Of a DNA stretch of 64,000 nt, positions 1 to 12,016 are shown piece after piece. The stretch comes from Leucoraja erinacea (lineage: Eukaryota): the NCBI RefSeq assembly GCF_028641065.1, contig NC_073379.1:65410001-65474000 (forward strand), read 5' to 3'. The position numbers and the translations under genes were made by a program. Position 1 is the stretch's first letter; the number at the start of each line of letters is the position of its first letter. A model generated the notes under the pieces. It did not search any database. It saw only the letters and a program-made list of their open reading frames with translations, and was not told where the DNA came from.

Positions 1-241
1 AGTTATCTTCCTTAGCATATTGATATGAAGTCACTAAACAAACAGATTGAAACCATTGTATAAAGTGGCCATCATACATGAATAGCAATAAGCAGTAAAC
101 TGTATAAAGGTGGCAGCGCAGAATGGGTCTTGGTAAATTTCAGTACTGCAAACTTTGGTTTTGTTCCCCTTTCTTTATATTTTCGGTTCTTAACTAGTTG
201 TTAAATAGAAAGGCATAGAAAGGCATAAAATAAAACCTTAC

Positions 242-466
242 CGATATCTGGCTGTCTATGTCGTCCATTTCCATTACCATTTCCACCTGAGCCGCCATTA
301 ACAATGGAAGGATGCGTCACAGGAACAGCAGGTGGATATCCTTCTCCATTAAAATCAAATCTAGGAAGGCCAGCCGTGTCAGGGAAGCCTGGTCTATAAT
401 TTGGATCATAGTGTGGAATGCCCTGAACAACTGGGACACCTTCAATGCAAAGTCTACGATATTCAT
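242..466 (-). CDS. FBN2: Fibrillin coding exon: end of TB1 plus Pro/Gly-rich hinge region
   Basis: 225-bp exon with acacag| acceptor and |gtaagg donor, inside ORF 201..710. Encodes (D)EYRRLCIEGVPVVQGIPHYDPNYRPGFPDTAGLPRFDFNGEGYPPAVPVTHPSIVNGGSGGNGNGNGRHRQPDI; EYRRLC completes TB1 as in FBN2. Confidence 0.92.
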
Positions 467-569
467 CTGTGTTAAAAAGAAATGTGCTCAGCATTACATT
501 GGTTAATCCATTTGTAACTTTCATACTCAAATAGTTATAACTCTTTCTTTCACGTAAGATGTTAAGATA

Positions 570-695
570 TAACATATAACATATAACAATTACAGCATGG
601 AAACAGGCCATCTCGGCCCTACAAGTCCGTGCCGAACAACGTTTTTCCCTTGGTCCCACATGCCTGCACTCATACCATAACCCTCCATTCCCTTC
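570..695 (-). mobile_element. CR1-type LINE 3' end fragment
   Basis: atataacaattacagcatggaaacaggccatctcggccctacaagtccgtgccgaac recurs almost exactly at ~15690-15750 and is the reverse complement of the CR1 tail at ~28670-28735. Confidence 0.7.
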
Positions 696-873
696 AAAGA
701 TAAGGCCCATTTGTACGACAGGTAAATGTGATTTAGCTACGGCACTACCTCAGGAGTTCAATGCTGTTTCCTGGCCAATAATTGTGTCTTTTCCTGCACC
801 ACTGCAGCAGATAATTTAGCCATTATCACAATGCTGAAAATCAAAAAATGAAATCTGTAGATATAGGAAAACT

Positions 874-1023
874 GAAATAAAACAGAAATGCTGTAAGCAC
901 CCAACAAGCTTAGGCAGTATCTGTTTGGAGAAAAGGGTTTTCAACCTGAAACATTAACCTTGTTTCTATTACCACATATGCAGTCTGACCTTCAGAGTGC
1001 TTGCAGCATTTTCTGTTTTTATT
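874..1023. mobile_element. Degenerate Penelope-derived inverted-repeat module
   Basis: aaataaaacagaaatgctg...cagcattttctgtttttatt arms around a degenerate aagggtttt..cctgaaacatt core; related to the Penelope tail at 49500-49600. Confidence 0.5.
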
Positions 1024-2061
1024 ATCACAATGCTTTCTTAAAGAGTGTGTGCACAAAGTGGCAGCTTTGTTGCCTACTTTCAACAGTACCTACAACATAA
1101 TTCTCATTGGCTGTGAAGCTGTTGGTATGCCTTTTGGTTATGAATGGCATAACATAAATTACAAATTTCTTCTGGGAAAGGAGTAGAGGGATAATTGTGG
1201 GGTGAACTAGGGTTTCATGGAGAAAACAGTGCCTTTGAATTGCTCAAATGAAGGGGTGAGACGATTCTTTGACTGTGGAGGTGTTGGAAACTGCACATAT
1301 TCCATTGAAAACAGAACTTCTGGAATGGAAACTGAGGACAAAAGAAACTCTTTCATAGTTACAGGAAGGAGGGAGCAATCATGCATGAAATAGCCACTTT
1401 GCCCCAGGTGTCCATTCCTCTTTTGCATCAGTTCCACATAACCCTTAATTCCCTAACCTTTCAAACATGTATCCACCTTCTCCTTAAATACTCTGCATTT
1501 GTGCCTCTACAAACTTGAGAGAATGAATTATAGACATTCACTACCCTGTGCATTCACTACCCTGTGCACTACCCCCCCCCCCCCCCCCCCCCCCCCCCAA
1601 CCCTCCATATCTTATAACTACGTACACTTGTTTAAGGTTACGGAGACATCTCAACAGGTACCTCCTCATGCCCCCTTAGTTTCTTGCATGTTTCAATAAT
1701 ATCTTCCCTCATTCTTTGAATTCCCAAAGGATACAAATCCAACCTCATTCATTGTTGGTGACAGCCCACCTCATCCCAGAAATTAGAATAATGAATATCT
1801 TCTGGACTATCTGCATTGCTGGTATATATTTTCTTAATCAAGGAAACAATGAACACTTGGATGCTGGATATGACATGACTTGTTAGTACAATCAGTGGGT
1901 GTTCCAAATGCTAAAGCCAAACATTAATCATAATGGAATTTGTGAATTGCCAATTCCAATCACATTTCTGAGTTGTTGAACATTGAAAATATTTTCTACT
2001 TTTGTCAAACAATGCAATTCCATTGTGGGCAGTGAAATTTGAGTTACCATGCAGCACACAA

Positions 2062-3770
2062 ATAAGATAAACACAACACTTTAAATTTAACATAAAACTT
2101 AAAAAACATCCCCCCCACAGCAGAATCAGCATTTCCTACTGTGAGGGAAGGCACCAAAGTTCACTCCTCTTCCATGGGGCCTATTGAGGTCTCCGCAGTC
2201 GTTGCTACGGAGGCCCAATGTTTTCAGACCCTCAAACGGAAGAACATCTCAGCAACCCGGAGCCTCCGAATCGGCTGCTTCCTACCGGAGACCGCGGCTC
2301 CCGAAGTCCACAGACCAGCTGGGCAGAGATCCAACACAAGCGACCCTCGGCAAAAGGTCCCAGGCTCCGCGATGTCAAAGTCAGCGCCGCCCGCATCTGG
2401 AAGCTCCGAGGACTACAGCTCCAAGGTGTTAAAGTTGGCAGTCCCAGTACTCCAGAGCTCCAACACGGCGATTCCCAGTAAGGCAACGTTCGCTCCGAGA
2501 CGGTATCCAGTGCTGCACCACTGCTGAAGCTGAAGCTCTGGGCGGTCTCCGGCAATCCAATCCAATCCAATCCAAACCAAATGGTAGGCCGTGAGGAAGG
2601 GGCGAAGATGCGGCTCGGAGGATAGTCACATTATCGACCAGGTAGTGACTGAGAAAATGGTTTCCCCCTACCCCCACATAAAAAATACTAAAGACCTCCA
2701 AAAACAAACTTTAAAATAGACTAAAAATGCATCTCTTTTTTGTACAACTTGTTAGGGTCGGTTATATTGAAACCTCATACCTCATTAAAAGCTGTATGGG
2801 AGGGCGAGCTGAATACGAAACTAACAGACCAGCAATGGAACTCTGCCTTGGATTTGATCCATTCTTCCTCCATATGTGCCCGTCATGGTCTAATCCAATG
2901 CAAAGTCCTTCACAAAGTCCACTACACAAACGCAAGATTATCTAGAATATACCCCGCTGTTAAAGACACCTGCAACAGATGCAATCAATCCCCTGCCAAC
3001 CATAGTCATATGTTTTGGTCTTGCTCTAAGCTAGAAACCTTTTGGAGGAGTGCTTTCGACGTGCTAAGCAGAGCCTCAGGCCAGGCTATTCCTCCAAACC
3101 CACTGTCAGCTATTTTTGGTATTCCTCCCAACACCAACCTCTCTGTTGCGTTGAAGCGGGTCCTGGCTTTTACAACCTTGTTAGCCCGGAGACTGATCTT
3201 GCTTAACTGGAGGCTTACCTGTCCCCCGACACATGCCCGTTGGATCAAGGAGGTGCTCTACAACTTAAAGCTTGAAAAACTTAGGTTCTCTCTCAAAGGC
3301 TCTACCAAGACATTCCTAGATACATGGAACCCTTCCCTGGAACTTGTTAACTCTCTTAACTTGTTTCCGGACTCGGAAGAGGACTGAGTGCTCTCTATCA
3401 CTGATCTGTCTTATTGCAGCTGCTATCCCCTCAACCCCCCCGCCCCCTCCCTCCCCACACCTTTTTTTTTTCATTTTCATTTTGTTTATCTTATCGTATC
3501 TGTGTGGATGTGTACGTATGTGAGTGTTGTTTGTCCCCGGGTGGCGAGGGTGGGTAAGGGTAAGGGTAAGGGTTTTGAGGGTTGTTTACATACTGTTGTA
3601 CAATTATGTCCTGACTATCACTGTCTGTTATCATTGTATGTATGCAAATTGCTGTCAAATTCAAAATTCAAATAAAAAGATTTAAATTAAAACAGACTAA
3701 AAATAACAAAAAGGATGAGAGGACAGACAGCTGCAGACGAGGCAGCCTCATTCGATAGCGCCACCACTCC
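2062..3770 (-). mobile_element. CpG-rich non-autonomous retroelement, split by an L1 insertion at 2729-3688
   Basis: 2062-2160 is the reverse complement of the 3' part of the element at 49715-50560 (actttggtgccttccc.cacagt.ggaaa...gctgtg.ggggatgtttt). 3700-3770 matches its 5' head (ggcgct...gcagc...ttatttttagt). Confidence 0.65.
2729..3688 (+). mobile_element. 5'-truncated L1-clade LINE (ORF2 C-terminus with zf-RVT, 3' UTR, A-rich tail)
   Basis: ORF 2740..3387 contains KVLHKVHYTNARLSRIY..CNRCNQSPANHSHMFWSC. AATAAA near 3671. Flanked by a ~16-bp TSD aaaa(t/c)agactaaaaat at 2713-2728 and 3689-3704 at a TT/AAAA site. Confidence 0.9.
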
Positions 3771-4050
3771 AGTATCATTCCACTTTTCACAAGTGCAGAG
3801 CTCTGAAATTTATGTTTTAAACACCCCAAAAGCATGCACCATGAAGGAAGTAGCTGGCGATGCTGACAAGGAGATTCTGGTTGTCTACCTGTGCTCTGAT
3901 TAAAGAACTATCAGTAGTGGTTGTTGAAAGAATGAGCTGGTCTACTATCAACTTGCTGAGTCCTATGTTGTATGGAATGTAGATCTTAATGAAAACTTGT
4001 TTCCTGCCAACTTGTCAACTTAAATTTGGAATTCCCATATTTCTTCTTAC

Positions 4051-4203
4051 CAGAACCTCTGATGGGGCACATCTCTGGAACAGAACCGAGGGCCCAACAA
4101 CGTCCAGAATCACAGCAGCACTGCATCTTAGTGTAATACCTGGTTAACTCCTGGGCACAACGGCCATTAACCAGGCTGGAAAAACAAGTACCAGCTCGCT
4201 GAT
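4051..4203 (-). CDS. FBN2: Fibrillin (FBN2/FBN3 clade) coding exon, TB1 (8-Cys/TGF-beta-binding-protein-like) domain
   Basis: 153-bp exon, not in the ORF track, with ttctcag| acceptor and |gtaag donor. Encodes (D)[50 protein letters not shown] with the CCC TB signature. The 51-codon length fits FBN2/3 rather than the slightly longer FBN1 exon. Confidence 0.95.
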
Positions 4204-5394
4204 CTGAGAAAGAAACAAAGAGATTGATTACCGGTACTTATTTCACAATATTTCAACATTCTTGATGTACATTCAAAAAACCTTCAAAGAGCATTTTTTT
4301 CTGTTTATTTTTAGAGATAATTCCAAGCATTATTCCAAGCTATTTGGCCCACTGAGTCCATGCTGATGACTGATCACCCATTCACACCCATAACTCTCTT
4401 CCTGTCTTGAACCCCATTTATGTGCAGTCTCACATTATTTTAAACTCTTCACTGCCTCATTCCAAATAGACATTCTTAACATGTGAGCTTTTACGGTGCA
4501 ACTTGCCAGACTTTTCAAGTATACTGAACAAACTGCCAAGCCTGATTCTGTTTTAAACTGTCGTTGGCAACTTACTTTATGCAAAGGTTGATTAAAAACA
4601 AACAGCAGAAGAACTGTTTCTCGTTCTTCACCTATCTCCAGTCTGGTGACTTTGTGCCTGGGTTCAGAGTAACGAATGTAGGATAGGATTTGAAGTTAGT
4701 ACGCTTTTGTGCTACATCGCGATGAAGGAATTTAAAAAAAAATTCACACAGCTAGTTTTTAGTTTATTATTTATTAGGTTTAGCTCCCAATTTAGCTGTA
4801 AGCGGTGAACCAGTTATTCACCTTTTTCAGACGAGATTGCGAATCCTATAACCTTTTGACCTGTTAAGAGATATAGAGCAATCTTATGATTTTAACATAA
4901 ACCTAACTTACTGCATAGGGCAATTGTTGTCTCATGGAACTAATTTCATCTGATATTGACTCCCATATTTTCTTCTTTCATCCAGTCACTTCTTCCTATG
5001 CCAGTATTTCTTCCAATTTTCATAATTTTAATAGTTTCTAATTCCACCACATACCCATCTTCTTTTCATCATGTACTTGGAAGGTCTATACCCTTTTGTC
5101 CACAAATCATGAATGTCAAGGGCCTTTTGCTTTCTCTTTGACTGGAGTGCCAACTAGTCCGCACTTTCTACCACACTCCATTTCTTGACTCAACATGTTC
5201 TCACAGTAAAGAAATTCACTTTTGACTCCACTCATTTTGTTTAACCGGGGAGAACTGTGCTGGATCCTAATCGAATATATAGACCACACAGCCAAGTAAT
5301 ACTTTTTGTTCATGTGGTATGTGGTACAATTTGGTGTCAAACAATCACAAGTTCCCACCTCTATCACTTTCTTTTCCTGGTACATTATGTGTAT

Positions 5395-5770
5395 AGAACA
5401 GTACAGCACAGGTAAGGGGCCCTTCAGCCCATAACGTGCTAGCCAAACATCTGTAGTTAAACTAATCTCTGCCTGCGCATGATCCATAACCAACCGTATC
5501 TAAAAATGTCTTAAAAGTCACTATCATATCTGCCTCCACCACCAGTCGTGGCAGCATATCCCAGGTACCCATCGCTCTTTATGTAAAACAAAACTCCTTT
5601 AAGTTTTGATCCTCTCATCTTACAGCTATGCCTCTGAACATTTTCACCTTCAGGAAAAGGTTTTATCTACCCTATCTACGCCTCTTATAACTTTACCTAC
5701 TTCTATCAGGTCTCCCCTCATCCTCCGATGTTCCAGAGATAATAATTCTAGTTTGTCCAACTTTTCCTGC
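5395..5770 (-). mobile_element. Old CR1-type LINE 3' fragment
   Basis: tagaacagtacagcacagg..ggcccttcagccc tail, followed by tctgcctccaccacc and ctatcaggtctcccctcatcctcc motifs typical of reversed CR1 ORF2 ends. Confidence 0.6.
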
Positions 5771-6927
5771 TGAATATGCCACAATGTAATGTTACAAATG
5801 AGTTTTGAGGTTTCAAATCAATGATGGAGAAAGAACACCTCAACAATGTAAAATAAAATCAAAAAGTATTAAAAGATCAATCAAACAACGGGTCTCATGC
5901 CCTTCTGCTCACTGGGGGCTCGCTAGGTACATGTGGTGACTAATAGTATACAGTGGTCCTGGCACCGTTTGCGCGTTGGGCCTGAGAAGAAGTCCCATGA
6001 GCTCACATGCAGCATGCATTTATGTAATCAATAAGCTGGTGCTTGTTTCCTAATCTACAAACAATAGCTATATTTTAAAACTGGCTATCCTTCTTAATAC
6101 TGAAAACAAAGAATTTTCATTGCACTGGATGCCGAGCAGCTGCATGTCCAAATGAGCCTGCTATGTTCTTGCCGCTGCATATCCAAGTGAGCCTGCTTTC
6201 TTGACATGGGAACTGTTAGCAGACAACTCATTATTAACTAAATCGCATGTTTTTATCCTTACATTACAACTTGGTTGGGTGAAGGGTCTGCTGCCATGTT
6301 GTACAATTTCATAACTTTCCCTCAGTTTCCATTGTACCTGTGTTGACAATTGCACACTCAATCAGAGTTTCTCAAAGGACTTAACTTCAACTGGTTTGTT
6401 ACTTCAACAGGGATTATATCCATTCCATTTCCACTGCTCCTGCTTTCACCTTCTACATTCAAAGTGGATGTCTATCATTCCCAGTATCTCCAGCATGATG
6501 GCATCTCCAAACATGTTATTTTTCTTTCACCATTCCTCCAATAACATTGTGGTTCGCATCTCATTCACCTCCACCTTCTCTTCCCTTCTCATAGCATTTT
6601 CCCAAGCTACCAAATGTACAGCAGCTACCCTTTTATTTATTCATGTTCCAGCATAAATGGCCCCAAACATTTGAGCATTCACAAGCATTTGGCATCATAT
6701 TAATTTACACTCCAGTACTACTCTAACATAATCTTCCTACTGTCCCAAAGACATTCAATGCAAGTATGAGGAACAGTACCTTGTCTTTTGATCAGAATCC
6801 TTATACATTTCTACACTCAACAATCATCCAGTTCTCTAAGACATTTTTTACAAATGATTTTATAAAATTATCCAATAGTTCCACCATTTGATTCCTTGCA
6901 TTGTACCATTAACATAGTTTGCCAGAT

Positions 6928-7243
6928 GGGGCAGTACAGTGGCACAGCGGTAGAGTTGCCGGTTTACGCCGCCAGAGCCCTGGGTTCAATCCTGACTACG
7001 GGTGCTGTCTGTACAGAGTTTGTACGTTCGCCCCGTGGCCTGCGTGGTTTTCTCAGAGATCTTCGGTTTCCTCCCACACTCCAAAGACATAGAGGTTTGT
7101 AGGTTAATTGGCTTGGTATAAATGTAAATTGCCCCTAGTGTGTGTAGGATAATGTTAATGTGTGGGGAACACTGGTCGTTGCGGACTCGGTGGGCCGAAG
7201 GGCCTGTTTCCGCACTGTATCTAAACTAAACTAAGCCTAAACT
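6928..7243 (+). mobile_element. tRNA-derived SINE
   Basis: Pol III A box TGGCACAGCGG (6940) and B box GGTTCAATCC (6983), central gtttcctcccacactccaaaga core, CR1-like tail gggccgaagggcctgtttcc and (AAACT)n. Confidence 0.9.
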
Positions 7244-7350
7244 GAAGAAGGGTCTCGACCGGAAAAGCCACTCATTCCTTTTCTTCAGAGATGCCCCATA
7301 TCCCGCTGAGTTACTCCAGCATTTTGTGTCTACCTTCAATCTAAACTAAA
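7242..7350 (+). mobile_element. Penelope-derived terminal-repeat fragment with hammerhead-like core
   Basis: ctgaagaagggtctcgaccggaaa...gagatg...cccgctgagttactccagcattttgtgtc; same sequence as the 3' end of the Penelope element at 49500-49600. Confidence 0.75.
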
Positions 7351-10288
7351 TCACCATCTCTCCTGAAATGCAATCTCTCCTGTCTCCCACAGAATAGGAG
7401 ACTTATTCTGCCCTTTTTTTGTGATATTCAGTGTTCAAAATATGCTGCATTTCTACACTTTTCCAGGTCTCTTCATAAATTATTGGTCTGAAATGTTAAC
7501 ACCACAGATATTGCCTGACCTATTGAATATTTCCAGCATTTTTGTTTTTATTTCACATTTTGGATATCTTCATTATTTTATTATAAAATAGAGTGTTTAG
7601 AATGGATCTCAGAATTTGACTGCATTTGTGAAGTAATTGGTTGATTATTTAGGCTAATGTGACCTGCCAAGTATCATCTACTTCTACACCAAATCGCATT
7701 CTCGTGTTTTTTGTGCAGAAATAATAGTAATGCCCTGCTTCATGTGTCATTTCTAAAATAACACCAACGTTGCAGAGACTTGTTCTATCCACTTGCCCAA
7801 GAAGAACGGTGGATTTTCCTGCAACTGTTAGTCCATAATTGGAAAGCTATACAACACTTTGTGAATCCATGTCCAGAAATATACATTTGTAGGCACTAAA
7901 TTTAACAATAAAATTCCAAGTTACTTGAAAACACCATTCTCAAGTTATTTGAAAACAAATCCAGAGCTTCCCAGCTATTTGAATCCAGATTAGACTGATT
8001 TTATTTATGAGTTCACAGAGAAGAGTTTTAATGATTTATGATGCAAGTTAGAATATGAAACGATTAGGAAAGATGATAAAAAAGAAAGCTACAATATTTT
8101 AAGCTAATAATTAAACTAGCAAAGAATACAAAAAAAAGTAATCTATGCTAGCAGCACATAATTAAAAGGGGACAAAAATGAAGGATAGTGTAGCTATCAT
8201 TATTCAGTAGCTTTCAATGAGATCCTCCCTCATTCTTCTAAACTCCAGCCCAGAGCCTTCAAACAGATTCAGATTCAACTTTAATTGTCATTGTCAGTGT
8301 ACAGTACAGAGACATCGAAATGTAGTAGAGACAACGAAACTCCGTGCCTTTATCATAACTTCAATGTCCTTCATCACTGCCCACTGTACTGCCAATTTTG
8401 GTGTCATCTGCAAATTTACTAACAATATTAACTACATTGGTCAGTATGGACAGGCGAGTTTAAGTGACAGGCTGCTGAATTCCCTCCTTTGCCCCTCAGT
8501 TCCCCTTCCGTTAACATTCTAGTTCAAAAGTCTTGCACAGTGGAGGCCGCATTGTTGTTATCAGATGACAACATTTAGATCCCAGCAATAATTTTTACAT
8601 CAGTACTAACTTACCACAGGCCACGAACAGTATGCCATAAGAAACTCAGTAAAGGTTCACATTTTTTTAAAGTTGCCTTATGTCCCAGGGGAAGTAGAGT
8701 TGCTGCAGTGGGCCTGTGGGCTCGACATGAAAAGACGCTTCATTTGCTTTGGGATACTTCCCACAACCCACCATTTCTATAGCTTCAATCCATCCCAAGC
8801 CTTCTTCCCTTCAACTCTGCCAGTTTTGGGTAGGAGACAGTGAAATAAATGTAAATGAACCCATGACCACTTTAGGCCATGTAACCCTGTAATTGGCCCA
8901 AGGAAAAACCGAGATGAATATCTTTTTTGCGTTATTTGTAATCTTAAGCACATTTTGAAATGTTTTGAACGGGTGATTTACAAAATTTTAGATTCCTATT
9001 TATTATATTTTGTTTATCCCAAGAAATATTGGTCGCTTTTTTTAGTGGCCCAATCTTCTTTTCTTTTAAACAATATTGCAAAAAAGAAAAAGAACAATAA
9101 AATTGGTTCTCTTGAAAATATTTCATAGAAGTAATCTAAAATGCAATGATGCGGATTCAACCAGGACAAATACAGAACTCAGATTTGAGGGAAGTAAGCT
9201 CAATAATTTCTTCACTGGCTGAATAAATGAGCTAATTTTTAGTTATTTTGGACAAATTCTTCACACATCTGTATCAGTAATTAAAGAGCCTTTGGCCTGA
9301 AAAGTGTGTCTCATTCCAAAGAAGCTGCCTGATCTGTTGAGCAATTCCAGCATATTTGGATCCATGAAAGACACAAGCATATTTTGCTTTTTATTCTCAT
9401 TTCAATAATGTTCCTACATGGCTCTCCTTTCTACTCCACCCCCCACCCCTGCCAACAAATTAGCAGACAACCTCTCAACTAATTGATTGATCTGCCAAAC
9501 TGATACAAATCCAATGCAAAATTAATGATCCCATCCCTTCCAACTTCAACCCAACTTCATGATCCCTGCAGCAATGCTTGCCAAGAGCCTACCAGCCAAA
9601 GACTGTCACTGACCCCGTATGAATCACCAAATCTCCCCCTCATTCCTCTTTTCTAGGCGTAGACCCAATTACTTTGCGTGCCACAAGAAAATGTCTTAAG
9701 CTTTGCAGATACTTAGGCCATATGTGTGACTCAATTTACCACTCCTGGGGCCATAGGCATTCATGGATCTGTGTCCTTCATGTGTCCAAACAACTTCAAG
9801 GCACATCTGCAAACTGACCTATTCAGTTTTGCACTGTCAACAGTCACACTGACAACCTCTAAACACATGTCAACCAGAACAACAGAACAATTGTTATACA
9901 TGTATCCTCAAATGGAATAAAATTTCAAAAGTTGAATCTTGGTTATTCCACACAATTGCTGCCTGTGCAAGAAATCTAGTGTTTCCTGTTTACGTTACAA
10001 TTACTTTTTATCTTTTTGGAAAATGCCTGTATTTATTATTTATCAAAATTGTCAATGTTTAGCAAATATTTGTTTCCATATGGCCTTGAACATTCAATAA
10101 CGTAGCTGGAGATCTTAGTAAATGTGTATGTTTAGAAAACACCCAATATCAAGTTTATTGCCAGAGTTTTTAGAAGAAAGGGAAAAACAGACGTAATGAA
10201 TTGGATTATTTATTTAGGTTCAAGGTGTAGAGTAAATGTGAATTCAGAAGATAAAGAGCAGATGGAGAATACTTCAAACTTTTCACCA

Positions 10289-10849
10289 TCTATATCTATG
10301 TCTATCTATATCTATATCTATATCTATCTATATATATATATCTATATCCCCTCTCACCCCCCCACTCATTTTGTCGCCTCCTGCTGGCCAGTGACCATAA
10401 CGGCTGCTGACGCCCGGCTCTGCACGATAAACGCTGACCAATTTCCCATTTCGCTTGCGATTTTACTTCCTCCACTCCCCCCCCCCCCCACCCCCCCCCC
10501 GGCCCGGCTCTGTCACGCTGGCCGAAGCCAAAGATCGCCTGCTCCCCCCGGCTGCTTTTCGCCGTCCTCACTGGCTAGCCCGGTCCAAAAATCCCGCGCG
10601 TCAACGGCCTGTCGGCCCTTTGAGGGCGTACGCAGCGTGTCGACGGGCGTAAGCAGCATCTCAACATCGTACGCAGCGTCTCGACGTCGTACTCAGCGTC
10701 TCGACGTTGTACGCAGTGTCTCCACGCCGTTCGCAGCGCCTTGAAGGCGTACGCCTAGCTCGTGGTGTTGCGTGATGACGTCAGGCCGCCCCCTCCCCTT
10801 GCAACCGCGCATTGCGGGAACAGACCCAACGGGTCTGCACTTGGTTTAG
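10289..10849 (+). mobile_element. Non-autonomous Helitron (first of a head-to-tail pair)
   Basis: Starts A|TCTATATC followed by (TCTA/TATC)n. Ends with hairpin CAGACCC-aac-GGGTCTG then cacttggtTTAG|T, a degenerate CTAG. Internal ~20-bp cgtacgcagcgtctcgacg repeats. Confidence 0.7.
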
Positions 10850-11979
10850 TATATATTTAAAACTCTCGTGTTGGTTTGTCTGGGTTCTATTCCGCGAATA
10901 TTCGTTTTAGGCGTTTGTGAATCTCCTCCTCCAAAATTTGCAAAAACTAAACAATTTTTACATATTCCGGTAGGGTTTTCCCTCCCCTTCTTAATGTTTG
11001 TAAAATTAGAACATTCGGTTGATCCTTTCCCTGCTTTTTTGGTAAAATACATAAAATATTTCAAAATGTTAAAAAAATCAAACTGTTTCTCAGCCATAGA
11101 ATGTTGACGAACGTTCCGTCGTGTGATGTTACAATACCCAATGCTCACATATGGCCAATCGCAATCGACCTCATTTGCATATGCCTTTGCTCCAGCTTCA
11201 GCCCCGCCCCCCCACCTGATGTAGCAGCACGTTCCATTGTGTGTTGTCATATTGCCATCTCTCACAGATGGCCAATCGCAATGGATCTCATTTACATATG
11301 CCTTTGCACGAGCCTCAGCCCCGCCCCCTGCCATCCGTGTCGAAGCGCGTGATAACCCCTCTCTCCTCACCTCACCCTTCTCTCCTCACCCCTCTCTCCT
11401 CACCCCTCTCTCCTCACCCCTCTCTCCTCACCCCTCTCTCCTCCAACCTCTCTCCCCCCATTCCCCATTCCCCTCACTCCTCTCTCCCCCTCTCCTCACC
11501 CCTCTCTCCTCACCCCTCTCTCGTCACCCCTCTCCTCACACCTCTCTCCCCACCCCTCTCTCATTACCCCTCTCTCCTCCTCCTCCCCATCCCCCTCTCC
11601 TCAACACTATCCCCATCTACCCCTGTCTCCCCCTTCACCCTCCCCGCTCTCCTCCCCTCCCCATCCTCATCCTCCTCTCTCTCCCTTCCCCCCTCCCCTT
11701 CCCCTCCCCACTCTCTCCCCATCTTACCCCTCTCTGCTCCTGCTCTCTCCCTCTCTCCTCACCCCTCTTCCCCTCCCCCTCTCTCTCCTCCCCCCTCTTT
11801 CCCTATTGCCCTCACCCCCTCACCCCCTCTCCCCCCTCTCTCCCCACCACTCTCCTCACCCCTCTCTCCCCCACGCCACTCTCATCACCCCCCTCCCATA
11901 ACCCCCCCCCCCCCCCCTCTCCCCCCCCCACCCCTCCCCCTACCCTTCTCCCCCTCCCTCCCCACTCTTCACCTTCTCT

Positions 11980-12016
<37 letters not shown>

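Noticed and set aside
201-710. 169-aa ORF as a standalone gene
   Set aside because: Only 242-466 is exon; the remainder is intron and a CR1 tail read through by chance.
1572-1598. Long poly-C/poly-G runs (also ~11981-12016, ~20508-20532)
   Set aside because: Homopolymer lengths are unreliable in assemblies and there is no supporting evidence of function.
6928-7000. tRNA gene suggested by A and B boxes
   Set aside because: It continues into a SINE core and LINE-like tail and occurs in many diverged copies; it is a SINE head.
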